63,897 bases of DNA from an uncultured Erysipelotrichaceae bacterium (GTDB taxonomy: Bacteria > Bacillota_I > Bacilli_A > RFN20 > CAG-826). Shown one piece after another: positions 19,359 through 30,600 of the stretch (positions within the stretch are counted from its first letter, which is position 1; every line of letters begins with the position of its first letter). Under the pieces are notes generated by a model. It was not told the origin of the DNA. It saw only the letters and a list, made by a program, of their open reading frames with translations, and searched no databases. The DNA lies in assembly GCA_902800355.1 (NCBI GenBank), contig CADCEE010000009.1, forward strand, positions 1 to 63,897. Reading direction: 5' to 3'. Made by a program: the position numbers and the translations under genes.

Positions 19359-20870
19359 TTATCTCTTCTTTCTCTTTTTAATAGAAACAGTAATTAATAA
19401 TGCTGAAATTAAACTCAAAGAGGACAAGATGATACTTGTGGACATAATATTTCCTCCACATCCACCAGATTTAGCAGGTGTATCTCCTCCACCGCCTCCA
19501 CCTTGTTCTCGAACAAAGACGTTGAAAGCAGTTTGAACAGTCACTTGCTTATATTGATATTTAACAGTAATGGTTTTAGTACCAGCACTACTAAGGTCAG
19601 TATTTTCATATGTAACCTTGTTAGTTACATCCATACTAGTGCCATCGCTAAAAGAAGCCATAACCTTAATGCCATACGAATTAAAGGTATCACCAACGTA
19701 ATAACTAATCTTATTTGGGAAGTTTGTCACTTGAATAGAAGAAACATCCACTCGAGGAACAACTGTTAATTTAATAGCCTTCCAAATAGTTTCACTAGAA
19801 CCATTCCCCGCGGTATAAGTGGCTTGTACTTTTAAATAAGTAATTCCAGATTTTAAACCAGTAACACTGCTAGAAGAATTAGAAGAATTAATAGAAGCAA
19901 TGTCTGTTTCTTGCACTAAGCCATTAACGTCCGAGAATGTCCAACTATAAGTTGGGGTAATATCTCCGCTAAAAGAGGCGGTAAAATTAGCGGTATCACC
20001 AATTTCTAATATATATTCATCATCTGAAATGCCAGAATTATTAATAGCTACTTGTCCTTCTAAACCATAGGAGCCACATATTCTTCTTGTATTAGCGTTA
20101 TAATTGCCCCAAATACGGCAAGCGTATTCTGGATGATCAATAAATGGGTTTCTATGTCCTTGAAGAGATTCCACGGCTTCATTTCTTGTTTTTTCTCTAT
20201 CTTTGACTGGATATTTAAGGTTCCACTCTAATAAAGTAGACATTTTACCCATTGTACGATTATTTTTCCCGTCATCATCTTTATCAGCAAGTGTGAGATT
20301 TAAATCAGCGATTGTGCAATAAAAGACAATCCGAGCGGAATCTCCTCTATAAGATTCATCTCCTAATGCGCCTGGATCCCATCCTTGCCCGTCTGGCATA
20401 GTAAAGAATTTATTCCCACGTCCAGTATTATCATCTTTCAAGGCTGGACGAACCATATGAAGATCTTGTTCGATTAAATTCTTTCCTTCGTCTACACGAT
20501 CATCGCCATTTAAGGCTAATCTAGAATATGGCCAAATGTGTTCTCTACTCATATTCCCACTATATCTAGCGGATGTCCCAGAATAAAATGCAGTTACTTG
20601 TCCACTCTTAGCTCCTGGATCAGTTTGAGAGAAGTACTGAGTTAAATTATCATATGGAATTAATCTTTGTCTTTTTAAATTATTTAAAGTATTTAAATTT
20701 TTAGTTAAAGAGTTACCAGTATCGTATTTATCAATACTACTATAATAAGTTGAAGCATCATTATTTTGATAAGCAAATGTAGCAGCAACATCTTTAGGCG
20801 AGCCAAAAAGGACTACGCTTAATGAAGCAGAAGATAAAATAGAAAGAGCTAATAACTTTAATCTATTCAT
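19359..20870 (-). CDS. Extracellular endonuclease I family protein with Big_3 domain and C-terminal membrane anchor
   Basis: SREHIWPYSR, DLHMVRP...NTGRGN, RGDSAR, LLEWN, RNEAV...QGHRNPFIDHPE. Signal peptide; C-terminal GGCGG + TM + KKRKKR. Confidence 0.9.
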   Translation of the reverse strand: MNRLKLLALSILSSASLSVVLFGSPKDVAATFAYQNNDASTYYSSIDKYDTGNSLTKNLNTLNNLKRQRLIPYDNLTQYFSQTDPGAKSGQVTAFYSGTSARYSGNMSREHIWPYSRLALNGDDRVDEGKNLIEQDLHMVRPALKDDNTGRGNKFFTMPDGQGWDPGALGDESYRGDSARIVFYCTIADLNLTLADKDDDGKNNRTMGKMSTLLEWNLKYPVKDREKTRNEAVESLQGHRNPFIDHPEYACRIWGNYNANTRRICGSYGLEGQVAINNSGISDDEYILEIGDTANFTASFSGDITPTYSWTFSDVNGLVQETDIASINSSNSSSSVTGLKSGITYLKVQATYTAGNGSSETIWKAIKLTVVPRVDVSSIQVTNFPNKISYYVGDTFNSYGIKVMASFSDGTSMDVTNKVTYENTDLSSAGTKTITVKYQYKQVTVQTAFNVFVREQGGGGGGDTPAKSGGCGGNIMSTSIILSSLSLISALLITVSIKKRKKR

Positions 20871-20924
20871 TTATGCATTTATTTTACTCTATAAGTAAAA
20901 AATAAGCATTCTTTTTATTTAAGC

Positions 20925-20958
20925 ATATTAAAAGGCGATTGTTTTCGCCTTTTAATAT
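20925..20958. terminator. Intrinsic terminator downstream of the relE-like gene
   Basis: ATATTAAAAGGCGA-TTGTTT-TCGCCTTTTAATAT long inverted repeat. Confidence 0.75.
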
Positions 20959-21261
20959 TTACCAATTACAAATTTGCGATATATCTCTACCTTGATAGAG
21001 AACGTGAAGAATATTTACTGTTTTATGTTGTTCATCAATAGAGTAGAAGATATTGAATTTTTTAACTTTTAATTTACGAATACCCTGATTTATTTCTTGA
21101 TAGGCATAAGGGAATGTTTCCAATTTATTTATATTAGACCATACATCTTTATATAATGCATCTGCTGCTTTTAGGTTCTTTAACTTATAACAGATATGAT
21201 TGAAAATCATTAATAATTCAATCAAGAAATTCTCAGAATAATCTAAAAAATATGTTTTTAT
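20959..21261 (-). CDS. RelE/ParE family type II toxin; apparent start is ATA overlapping the antitoxin stop
   Basis: LETFPYAY...IRKLKVKKFNIFYSIDEQHKTVNILHVLYQGRD. The frame is open upstream of the TTG at 21225 to ATA at 21261 (IKTYFLDYSENF...). Confidence 0.75.
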   Translation of the reverse strand: MKTYFLDYSENFLIELLMIFNHICYKLKNLKAADALYKDVWSNINKLETFPYAYQEINQGIRKLKVKKFNIFYSIDEQHKTVNILHVLYQGRDISQICNW

Positions 21262-21569
21262 GGTTTAAATCCAAATCTTTCTTCGATAATGGCTTCTACT
21301 TCTTCTTTGGTGTAAACTCTGCCTGCTTTGACATCGTCAACACCTCTTTGAACAAGTTCCATAACTTCTTCTTCAGACATATTTCCTGTTGCAATTGGTT
21401 CTCTAGCAGGGAGAGAGACATCAAATGGTATTTTCCCAGTTAAAATAACTTGATGATATAACATATTTACAAGTCCACTAGGGGTGACACCTAATTGTCT
21501 GAGTATCGCTTCTGCTTGTTGTTTTGTATTTGAATCAATACGCACAAAAATTGCTGCATCACTAGCCAT
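21258..21569 (-). CDS. RelB/DinJ family antitoxin
   Basis: IFVRIDSNTKQQAEAILRQLGVTPSGLVNMLYHQV...IPF ribbon-helix-helix. SD AAAGGAG before ATG at 21569. Confidence 0.88.
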   Translation of the reverse strand: MASDAAIFVRIDSNTKQQAEAILRQLGVTPSGLVNMLYHQVILTGKIPFDVSLPAREPIATGNMSEEEVMELVQRGVDDVKAGRVYTKEEVEAIIEERFGFKP

Positions 21570-21688
21570 AAGATATATTCTCCTTTCGTATTTATAATAA
21601 ATCAATTGATATACATTGGCAATACAGAAAGCAAAATAAAAAGGAGACTCCGAAGAATCTCCTAATTAATGTGCTTTAGTTAACTAAA

Positions 21689-22873
21689 TTATTTAACAAT
21701 TTCGTTAACTGTACCAGCACCAACGGTTCTACCACCTTCACGGATGGAGAATTTGGTACCTTTTTCAAGAGCGATTGGGTGAATTAATTCAACGGTTAAT
21801 TCAACGTTATCGCCTGGCATAACCATATCGGTGCCAGCTGGAAGAGTAATAACACCAGTAACATCAGTTGTACGGAAGTAGAATTGTGGACGGTAGTTGC
21901 TTAAGAAAGCTGTGTGACGGCCACCTTCTTCTTTGGTTAAAACGTAAACAGAAGCTTTGAATTTGGTGTGTGGAGTAACTGATCCAGGTTTTGCAAGGAC
22001 TTGACCACGTTGGACTTGATCACGGTTGATACCTCTTAAAAGGACACCAACGTTATCACCAGCTTGGACATAGTCACAAGTTTTTCTGAAGGATTCAAGA
22101 CCAGTAATAACTGATTTTTGAGTTTCTCTAATACCAACGATTTCCACTTCGTCACCGAGTTTAGCACTACCTCTTTCAACACGGCCAGTAACGACTGTAC
22201 CACGTCCGGAAATAGTCATAACGTCTTCGATAGCGAGTAAGAATGGTTTATCGGTATCTCTGGTTGGAGCTGGGATATAGCTATCACATGCATCCATTAA
22301 GTCTAAGATTGCTTTTTCAGCAGCGGCATCTCCGTCAAGAGCTTTTCTAGCGGAACCACGAATCACTGGGACTTCATCTCCTGGGAAGCCATATGAACTT
22401 AATAAGTCACGGACATCCATTTCGACTAAGTCTAATAATTCTGGATCGTCAACTAAGTCAGTCTTGTTAATGAAGACGACGATGTAAGGAACACCGACTT
22501 GACGTGCAAGTAAGATGTGTTCACGAGTTTGTGGCATAACGCCATCAGTACCGGCAACAACTAAGATAGCACCATCCATTTGAGCAGCACCAGTAATCAT
22601 GTTTTTGACATAGTCAGCGTGACCTGGACAGTCGACGTGGGCATAGTGTCTTTTTTCTGTTTGATACTCAATGTGGGCTGTGTTAATTGTAATACCACGA
22701 GCTTTTTCTTCTGGTGCAGCATCGATTTGATCGTATGCTTTAACTTCAGATAAGCCTTTTTTTGCTAAGACAGTTGTAATAGCGGCGGTTAATGTGGTCT
22801 TACCGTGGTCAACGTGACCAATGGTACCAATGTTAACGTGCTCTTTAGATCTGTCAAATTTTTCCTTTGCCAT
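21689..22873 (-). CDS. tuf: Elongation factor Tu
   Basis: [36 protein letters not shown]. Start at 22873 with SD AAAGGAG. Confidence 0.99.
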   Translation of the reverse strand: MAKEKFDRSKEHVNIGTIGHVDHGKTTLTAAITTVLAKKGLSEVKAYDQIDAAPEEKARGITINTAHIEYQTEKRHYAHVDCPGHADYVKNMITGAAQMDGAILVVAGTDGVMPQTREHILLARQVGVPYIVVFINKTDLVDDPELLDLVEMDVRDLLSSYGFPGDEVPVIRGSARKALDGDAAAEKAILDLMDACDSYIPAPTRDTDKPFLLAIEDVMTISGRGTVVTGRVERGSAKLGDEVEIVGIRETQKSVITGLESFRKTCDYVQAGDNVGVLLRGINRDQVQRGQVLAKPGSVTPHTKFKASVYVLTKEEGGRHTAFLSNYRPQFYFRTTDVTGVITLPAGTDMVMPGDNVELTVELIHPIALEKGTKFSIREGGRTVGAGTVNEIVK

Positions 22874-22980
22874 TGTTTGAATTTCTCCTTTCAATTTAAT
22901 GAACTCAACATTTTTAATATATAGCAAGTTTAATATATAATCAATACCAATCTATTGGTAATAATTATCTTACACTAAGA

Positions 22981-25056
22981 TTAGCGAGCGCTAACGCCGC
23001 TTTTCTTAATAATTTCGTCTTGGACGTATCTTGGGCATTCGCCATAATGATCGAATTGCATAACGTAGTTACCACGTCCTTGGGTCATACTACGTAAGTC
23101 GGTAACGTAACCAAACATTTCTGAAAGTGGTACTTCCGCTTCAATGATTTTGGCGTTAGTTCTTTGAGATTCACCAGTGACGAGTCCACGTCTTCTAGCG
23201 ATATCACCAAGAACATCACCATAATATTGTTCTGGGACAGTAACTTCAATCTTCATGATTGGTTCTAAGATTACTGGGTTACATTTCTTAGCAGCTTCTT
23301 TTAGAGCCATACTAGCGGCGATCTTATAAGCAGCTTCAGAAGAGTCAACATCATGGTAGCTACCGTCGAATAAGGTGGCTTTAATATCCATGACTTGGAA
23401 TCCGGCAACCATACCTCTACCAAGGGCGTCAATTAAGCCGTCTTGAGTTGGTTTGATATATTCTCTTGGAACAGATCCTCCAACAATCGCATCGACGAAT
23501 TCGAAGCCTTTGCCTGGGTTTGGTTCAAATTTGATCCATACGTGACCATATTGTCCACGACCACCAGATTGTTTGATGTATTTACCTTCACAATCCGCTG
23601 TACCTTTAATAGTTTCACGGTATTCGACTTGTGGAGCACCAACATTAACCGCAACATTGAATTCTCTTCTCATACGGTCAACGATGATGTCTAAGTGTAA
23701 TTCACCAACTCCAGCAATAAGGGTCTGTCCAGTTTCCGCATTAGTTCTCACTTTGAAGGTTGGATCCTCTTCAGCGAGTTTTTGTAAAGCGATGGACATC
23801 TTTTCTTGGTCAGCTTTGGTTTTTGGTTCCACGGCTTCTTCAATAACTGGATCTGGGAATTCCATCTTTTCAAGAATAACTGGGTTCTTTTCGTCACATA
23901 AGGTATCACCTGTGGTGGTATTCTTAAGTCCGACAACCGCACCGATATCTCCAGCATGAAGTTCATCAACTTCTTGTCTGTGATTACTGTGCATTAAGAC
24001 AACACGAGCAATTCTTTCTTTTCCACCTTTGGTGGAGTTTAAGACGTAACTTCCTGATTTAAGTGTACCGCTATAGACACGGACATAGGCAAGTCTACCA
24101 ATGAATGGGTCAGTAGCGATTTTGAAGGCTAAACAGCCAAGTGGAGCATTGTCATCTGGCTTACAAGTGACTTCGTTACCAGCTTCATCAGTGCCTTTAG
24201 CGGCAGGGATATCAAGTGGGCTAGGAAGATAATCAATAACACCATCTAATAAAAGTTGAATGTTCTTGTTCTTATAAGCACTTCCGCAGAATACTGGGTG
24301 GAATTCACCAGTTAAAACTGCTTTTCTAATAACAGATTTGATTTCTTCAACGGTTGGTTCTTCTCCTTCTAAGACTTTCATCATGAATTCATCATCGAAG
24401 GCTGCAAGAGCTTCTAATAAATCCGCTCTATGAAGTTCCATTGATTCGACCATATCTTCTGGTACAGGGACTTCTTTTGGTTCTTGGCTACCAGCTTCAT
24501 AGACATAAGCTTTTCTTTCAATGATATCAACTGCACCTCTTAAGGTAGATTCAATACCGATTGGAAGTTGGACAGCTTTTGCATTAGCGCCAAGTCTTTC
24601 CTTTAAGGAACGAACACACATTTCAAAGTCCGCACCGATAGCGTCCAACTTGTTAACAAAGACAATTCTAGGAACGCCATATTTTGAACCTTGTCTCCAA
24701 ACTGTTTCAGTTTGTGGTTCAACACCATTTTTACCATCTAAGACAGTGACAGCACCATCAAGAACTCTTAATGATCTTTCAACTTCAACGGTGAAGTCGA
24801 CGTGCCCTGGAGTGTCGATAATATTAATTCTATTACCTTTCCAGAAAGCAGTTGTCGCTGCAGAGGTAATGGTAATACCTCTTTCTTGTTCTTGTTCCAT
24901 CCAGTCCATTGTGGCGGCACCTTCGTGGACTTCGCCAATTTTATGGATCTTTCCGGTAAAGAAGAGAATACGTTCTGTGGTTGTGGTTTTACCGGCATCG
25001 ATGTGAGCCATGATACCGATATTACGTGTATGAGCTAAATCAAATTCACGTGCCAT
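22981..25056 (-). CDS. fusA: Elongation factor G
   Basis: [40 protein letters not shown]. Confidence 0.99.
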   Translation of the reverse strand: MAREFDLAHTRNIGIMAHIDAGKTTTTERILFFTGKIHKIGEVHEGAATMDWMEQEQERGITITSAATTAFWKGNRINIIDTPGHVDFTVEVERSLRVLDGAVTVLDGKNGVEPQTETVWRQGSKYGVPRIVFVNKLDAIGADFEMCVRSLKERLGANAKAVQLPIGIESTLRGAVDIIERKAYVYEAGSQEPKEVPVPEDMVESMELHRADLLEALAAFDDEFMMKVLEGEEPTVEEIKSVIRKAVLTGEFHPVFCGSAYKNKNIQLLLDGVIDYLPSPLDIPAAKGTDEAGNEVTCKPDDNAPLGCLAFKIATDPFIGRLAYVRVYSGTLKSGSYVLNSTKGGKERIARVVLMHSNHRQEVDELHAGDIGAVVGLKNTTTGDTLCDEKNPVILEKMEFPDPVIEEAVEPKTKADQEKMSIALQKLAEEDPTFKVRTNAETGQTLIAGVGELHLDIIVDRMRREFNVAVNVGAPQVEYRETIKGTADCEGKYIKQSGGRGQYGHVWIKFEPNPGKGFEFVDAIVGGSVPREYIKPTQDGLIDALGRGMVAGFQVMDIKATLFDGSYHDVDSSEAAYKIAASMALKEAAKKCNPVILEPIMKIEVTVPEQYYGDVLGDIARRRGLVTGESQRTNAKIIEAEVPLSEMFGYVTDLRSMTQGRGNYVMQFDHYGECPRYVQDEIIKKSGVSAR

Positions 25057-25074
25057 AGATTTTCTCTCCTAAGA

Positions 25075-25545
25075 TTACCAACGGTAATGTGCATAAGCTT
25101 TATTAGCTTCTGCCATTTTGTGGGTATCTTCTCTCTTTTTCACTGAAGCACCAGTGCCGTTAGCCGCATCGATGATTTCGCCCGCTAATCTTTCTTCCAT
25201 GCTCTTTTCGTTTCTGAGTCTAGAATAGTTAACTAACCATCTTAAGCCTAATGTAACTTTTCTTTCTGGAGAAACTTCAGTAGGAACTTGATAGTTAGCA
25301 GCACCAATTCTTCTGACCTTTAATTCAACTTCAGGCATGATGTTGTTAATTGCGGTAGCGAAGACGTCCATTGCTGGTTTACCGGTCTTTGCTTCAATTT
25401 TGTTGAAGGCGGAATAAAGAATAGTTTGTGCTGTTCCTTTTTTGCCATCAATCATGATTTTGTTAATTAAACGTGTTACGAGTTTTGAATTGTAAATTGG
25501 ATCTGGTAACACATCACGTTTACTTACGCTTCCTTTACGTGGCAT
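25075..25545 (-). CDS. rpsG: 30S ribosomal protein S7
   Basis: MPRKG...[10 protein letters not shown]...[15 protein letters not shown]. Confidence 0.99.
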   Translation of the reverse strand: MPRKGSVSKRDVLPDPIYNSKLVTRLINKIMIDGKKGTAQTILYSAFNKIEAKTGKPAMDVFATAINNIMPEVELKVRRIGAANYQVPTEVSPERKVTLGLRWLVNYSRLRNEKSMEERLAGEIIDAANGTGASVKKREDTHKMAEANKAYAHYRW

Positions 25546-25564
25546 CTTTCTTTCCTCCTTCTAA

Positions 25565-25984
25565 TTATTTCGCCGCTTTTGGTTTCTTAGAACCATATAA
25601 GCTACGTCCTTGACGACGTGCTTCAATTCCGGCGCAGTCAAGTGTTCCTCTAATAATGTGATAACGAACACCTGGTAAGTCCTTAACACGGCCGCCTCTA
25701 ATCATGACGGTTGAGTGTTCTTGTAAGTTATGTCCTTCACCACCAATATAGGCTGTAACTTCATAACCATTGCTTAATCTAACACGAGCGTATTTTCTTA
25801 AAGCAGAGTTTGGTTTTTTAGGGGTCATGGTACCAACACGGGTACAAACACCTCTTTTTTGGCTAGCTGCTTGGTTGGTTTCTTTTTTCTTTAAAGAGTT
25901 CCATCTTTTACCAAGAGCAGGAGCTTTTGATTTTACAGTGGCGGTTCTACGACCTTCACGGACTAATTGATTAATTGTTGGCAT
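25565..25984 (-). CDS. rpsL: 30S ribosomal protein S12
   Basis: [32 protein letters not shown]; carries the Firmicutes-type insert. Confidence 0.99.
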   Translation of the reverse strand: MPTINQLVREGRRTATVKSKAPALGKRWNSLKKKETNQAASQKRGVCTRVGTMTPKKPNSALRKYARVRLSNGYEVTAYIGGEGHNLQEHSTVMIRGGRVKDLPGVRYHIIRGTLDCAGIEARRQGRSLYGSKKPKAAK

Positions 25985-26009
25985 ATATTGCTCCTTTCAA
26001 TTACTTATT

Positions 26010-26140
26010 AGTTTTTGACTTGTGAATTTATCCACGTTACCGGGTGTGTCGGCTTCTTTCCTTAAAAAAGCGACCTCAACGGTCAACGTGCTCCAATTTC
26101 ACACGCTCATATATTATATATAGGTAAAAAAATCGCGCAA
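26010..26140 (-). promoter_or_regulatory. str operon promoter and structured 5' leader
   Basis: TTGCGC-16-TATAAT (26113-26140), followed by a GC-richer leader of about 120 nt (GACC-GTTGA-GGTC hairpin, CACACCCGGTAACGTGG). Confidence 0.5.
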
Positions 26141-26260
26141 CAAAAAATTAAAAAAATAATAAATATTTTCCAATTTGGCATATTTTCTATCCTTAAAACT
26201 TGCCATTTTGGCATATAAAAAGCACATATTTTTGCTATTCATATGTGCTTAATTTATTAC

Positions 26261-26782
26261 TTAATAAATCACTAACACGATGCCTTGAAGGACTAAGGAT
26301 ACGATCGCAAAACAAAGGCTAAAGGCGATGAATATAGGAATGAGGATTTCAATTCCTTTCATTTTGATTGCGTTAACCTGTGGGAATACTTTCTTATTTA
26401 AAGATAAAGCGAGTACAAGGAAAGTGACACCAGAGGCTAAACCAAAGGCTAGCATAATGATTCCAGGCACTTCTAGGCTACCACCACCAATGATTCTCAC
26501 CATTAGTGAACCGAATAAAGCGATAAGAGTAAAAACAAAGGCAATCGCGCCAAAAACAACCATTTTAATGAGTCTAGGTTTATAAGTAGGAAGAGAACGG
26601 AAATTCTCAACAGTAATCGCTTCACTTCCACCACTAGAAGAGGCAACTGGTCCAGATACTGGTCCGCTACCTTCTTTAATTTGGTTAATAGAAGCGTTAC
26701 TCACTTCTTCTAAATAGCCACCACAAAATGGGCAGTATTTGCTACCATCTGGTATTTCTTTATTACAATATTTACAAATCAT
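26261..26782 (-). CDS. Zinc-ribbon domain membrane protein
   Basis: CKYC...KYCPFCG at the N-terminus; three TM helices. Confidence 0.8.
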   Translation of the reverse strand: MICKYCNKEIPDGSKYCPFCGGYLEEVSNASINQIKEGSGPVSGPVASSSGGSEAITVENFRSLPTYKPRLIKMVVFGAIAFVFTLIALFGSLMVRIIGGGSLEVPGIIMLAFGLASGVTFLVLALSLNKKVFPQVNAIKMKGIEILIPIFIAFSLCFAIVSLVLQGIVLVIY

Positions 26783-26864
26783 ATGTTAGAACCCCTTATA
26801 TTTAATTTCAATATACAACATAAATATAAAAAACTGCCTAGAAATTAATCTAAGCAGTTAATAA

Positions 26865-27260
26865 TCATAATTTTAATGTTGAGAGTATTGGATATTTTAG
26901 AATTGTATCATCACTTGTAATTAATGTCATAGATTCTTCTAACGCAGTTGCGATTAGTAGATGATCAAATGGGTCTTTATGAATATTTAAATCAATTACT
27001 TGTTTAAGCTCTACTAAATATTCATATCTAACTGGTAAAACGATATAGTCAGTATAAACAAGAGCGTTAATGATATCTTTTGCATTATATGGCATTAAAT
27101 CTGGGTGTTTATTATGTTTAAGTTCAATTTCCCAGATGGAAACAATAGAAACAAAAATTTGATTTTTTTCATTGGCGATAATGTTTCTGGTTTTGTCTGA
27201 TATTTTCTCATCATTAAACAACGCTCTTAAAAGAGTATTTGTATCTAATAAGTATTCCAT
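26865..27260 (-). CDS. vapC: VapC family PIN-domain toxin
   Basis: YLLDTN, VSIVSIWEI, HKDPFDHLLIATA, LITSD. Confidence 0.9.
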   Translation of the reverse strand: MEYLLDTNTLLRALFNDEKISDKTRNIIANEKNQIFVSIVSIWEIELKHNKHPDLMPYNAKDIINALVYTDYIVLPVRYEYLVELKQVIDLNIHKDPFDHLLIATALEESMTLITSDDTILKYPILSTLKL

Positions 27261-27505
27261 TATAAATTAAAGTCATTAGCAATCTCTTCATCTAATTTTG
27301 GATCATCAAATCCAACTGGTAAGCTAGGTAAAATTCCAATCGCAGCACCTAATCGTTTTTTTGTTAATTCTTCACTAACAGGAACGATTTTTGCTATTTT
27401 TTTGCCTCTACGACATAAGAAAATTTCTTTTTGCTCACCACTTTCAATCATATCAACGTATTTTGACAAATTCGTTTTGGCTTCATACATGTTTACATTG
27501 CACAT
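27260..27505 (-). CDS. Phd/YefM family antitoxin
   Basis: VNMYEAKTNLSKYVDMIESGE...ICRRGK-like motif (FLCRRGKKIAKIVP); coupled to the PIN gene. Confidence 0.88.
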   Translation of the reverse strand: MCNVNMYEAKTNLSKYVDMIESGEQKEIFLCRRGKKIAKIVPVSEELTKKRLGAAIGILPSLPVGFDDPKLDEEIANDFNL

Positions 27506-27634
27506 AACTTTATCTCCTTTCTAGTCTAGTTGACTAAGTTATCTAACAGCTTCACTTATATTATAAATGACAACACTAGAATGTAAATAAAAAACTACCC
27601 AGAAATGCATCTAGGTAGTAATTTTTATTAATAA

Positions 27635-30600
27635 TTAAGCGTTACGAGAATTAATCTTTTCTTTAATCTCGTTAATGGCACGATCATAGTCTTCGACATA
27701 TTTGTCTTTAACTTCATGCATTGTGCCTTCAACAGAGAAGTCTTTTAATAATTCATCGCTAGCTTCTTCGCTCATAAGTCCACGTCCGGCTGGAATTAAG
27801 TGTCCAGTAATGACATTTTCTTTTAAGCCGTGTAAGTGGTCAACTTTGCCCTTAATAGCAGCGTCAGTTAACACTCTAGTAGTTTCTTGGAATGAGGCCG
27901 CTGATAAGAAGGAATCAGTTTCAAGAGCGGCTTTAGTGATGCCTAAGATAAGTGGAGAGAAGACCGCTGGACGTTTGCCGTTAATAATGGCCTCGTTATT
28001 TTTCGCGGTGAAGGTATTAATAGATACACGGGTACCCGCGATCATATCAGTATCTCCAGCGTCGATAACGTAGACTTTTCTTAACATTTGTCTAACGATA
28101 ACTTCAATGTGCTTATCAGAAATTCCGATATCTTGTAAGGAATAGACTTTTTGTACTTCTTTAATGATGTATTTCTCAACAGCGGTGACATCAGAAACTT
28201 CGAGTAATTTCTTAGGATCGATCGCACCTTCGGTGATCTTACCACCATTAATGACTTTGTCGCCTTTTTTAACACGTAATTTCGCACCAAAGGCGGTAGT
28301 ATAAGTCTTTTCTTCTAAATCGTTACGAACGGTAACTAAATAGCAACCATTCTTTTCTTCAATCTTAGTGATAGTACCTGGAATTTCAGAAATAAGAGCT
28401 TCTCCTTTTGGGTTACGAGCTTCAAATAATTCTTGAACTCTTGGTAAACCACTAGTGATATCGCTACCAGCAACACCTCCGGTATGGAAGGTTCTCATTG
28501 TTAACTGAGTACCTGGCTCACCAATAGATTGAGCGGCCATAATACCAACAGCTTCACCAACTTGAACTTCTCTACCAGTCGCTAAGTTACGTCCATAACA
28601 GTGGATACAAACACCATCTTTAGTTTCGCAGCCAAAGAGTGATCTAATTTCCACTTCTTCAATGCCAGCATCAACGATAGCTTTAGCGCTTTCTTCGTTA
28701 ATCATGGTGTTACCTTTAACGATTACTTCACCAGTTTTTGGATTAACGACATCGTTAAGAGCGTATCTACCAACTAAACGGTCATAGAGTTTCACGATAA
28801 TCGCATTTCTAGAAGTATCTCTAATTTCTTTGACTTTGTAGCCGTGGTCAGTACCACAGTCGACTTCTCTAACGATAACGTCTTGAGAAACGTCGACAAG
28901 TCTTCTAGTTAAGTAACCAGAGTCCGCAGTCTTAAGCGCGGTATCAGCACCACCCTTACGAGCACCGTGGGTAGCAATAAAGAATTCAGAAACGGTCATA
29001 CCTTCACGGAAACAACGTTTAACAGGAAGTTCAATGGTGCCACCAGAAGTATTACCCATAAGACCTCTCATACCCGCTAACTGTGTAATATTAGAAATAT
29101 TACCACGAGCACCAGAGTCAGACATCATATAGATGGTGTTTCTTTGATCTTTATTGAATTGTTCAGTTAATTTAGTTCTAACTTCAACAAGAACTTTGTT
29201 CCAAACGTCACAGACACTCTTATGTCTTTCTTCTTCGGTTAACATACCAAGTTCGAACATTTCTTGAATTTCAGCAACTTTCTTATCGCCAGCTTCTAAG
29301 ATTTCTTCTTTACCTTCAACGATATGGATATCGTCAATGGAGATAGTAAATCCTGCCACTGTTGCATATTGGAAGCCTTGATCTTTCATCTTATCAAGAA
29401 CAGATGAAGTCTTTGGATTACCTTTACGGTCATATCTTTGGAAGATTTCATTAATAATCTTTCCTAAGTCTTTCTTTTTAATTGGGGCTCTAACTGGAGT
29501 CTTGGCGATAATAGCTTTAACATCACTACCACGTGGGACAAAGTATTCTTCTAAGTCTTTAGCCATATTTTCTGCTGTAACAGCGTTTAAATATGGGAAA
29601 TCACTTGGGAAGATTTGGTTAAAGATAACTTTACCAACAGAGGTGATTAAATAAGAATTATTCATCTCTTCGGTAAATCCTTTTTTCATTAAAGCTTTAC
29701 CTAAAATCGCAATTCTATTATGTAAATGAATTTGTTTAGTTTGATAGGCTAAGATTACATCATCAACACTACCAAAGACTTTTCCTTCACTAGCAGCGTA
29801 TAATTCATATCTTTCTGCTTCTTCAGGATCAGTAGCTTTTAAAACTTTAGCTTTCTTTAAGAATTCTTCTTTAGTGGATTCTAAAGTTAAATAGTAATTT
29901 CCTAAGACCATGTCTTGAGATGGAGTAACGATTGGTTTACCGTCTTTAGGTCCTAAGATGTTATTAGAGGCAAGCATTAAGTGTAATGCTTCTTCTTGTG
30001 CCGCTTTACTTAATGGGACATGGACCGCCATTTGGTCACCATCGAAGTCAGCGTTAAAACCTGTACAAACGAGTGGGTGTAATCTAATCGCTCTTCCATC
30101 CACTAAACGTGGTTGGAAAGCTTGAATACCAAGTCTATGTAAAGTAGGGGCACGGTTAAGAAGCACTGGGTGCTTACCAATAATTTCTTCAACGATATCT
30201 AAAACGGCTGGATCATAACGGTCAATAATCTTGTCCGCAGTCTTATGCGCGTTCGCGATACCTCTTTTTAATAATTCACAAGCGATAAATGGTCTTAATA
30301 GTTGAACTGCCATTTCTCTTGGTAAACCACATTCATACATTTTTAAGAATGGGCCAACCGCGATAACAGAACGTCCAGAATAGTCAACACGTTTACCGAG
30401 TAAATTTTGTCTAAATCTACCTTGTTTACCTTTTAATCCAGAGGATAAAGATTTAAGTGGTCTTCCTCCTGGGCCAGTAACTGGCTTATTTCTTCTACCA
30501 TTATCAATTAACGCATCAACAGCTTCTTGAAGCATACGTTTTTCGTTCATTAATAAGACAGCAGGAGAATTCATATCGATTAATTTCTTTAAACGGTTGT

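Noticed and set aside
3494-21665. Similar terminators at 3497 and 21637 as mobile-island boundaries
   Set aside because: Short GGAG...CTCC stems with a UUCG-type loop can arise convergently; there is no integrase or exact direct repeat.
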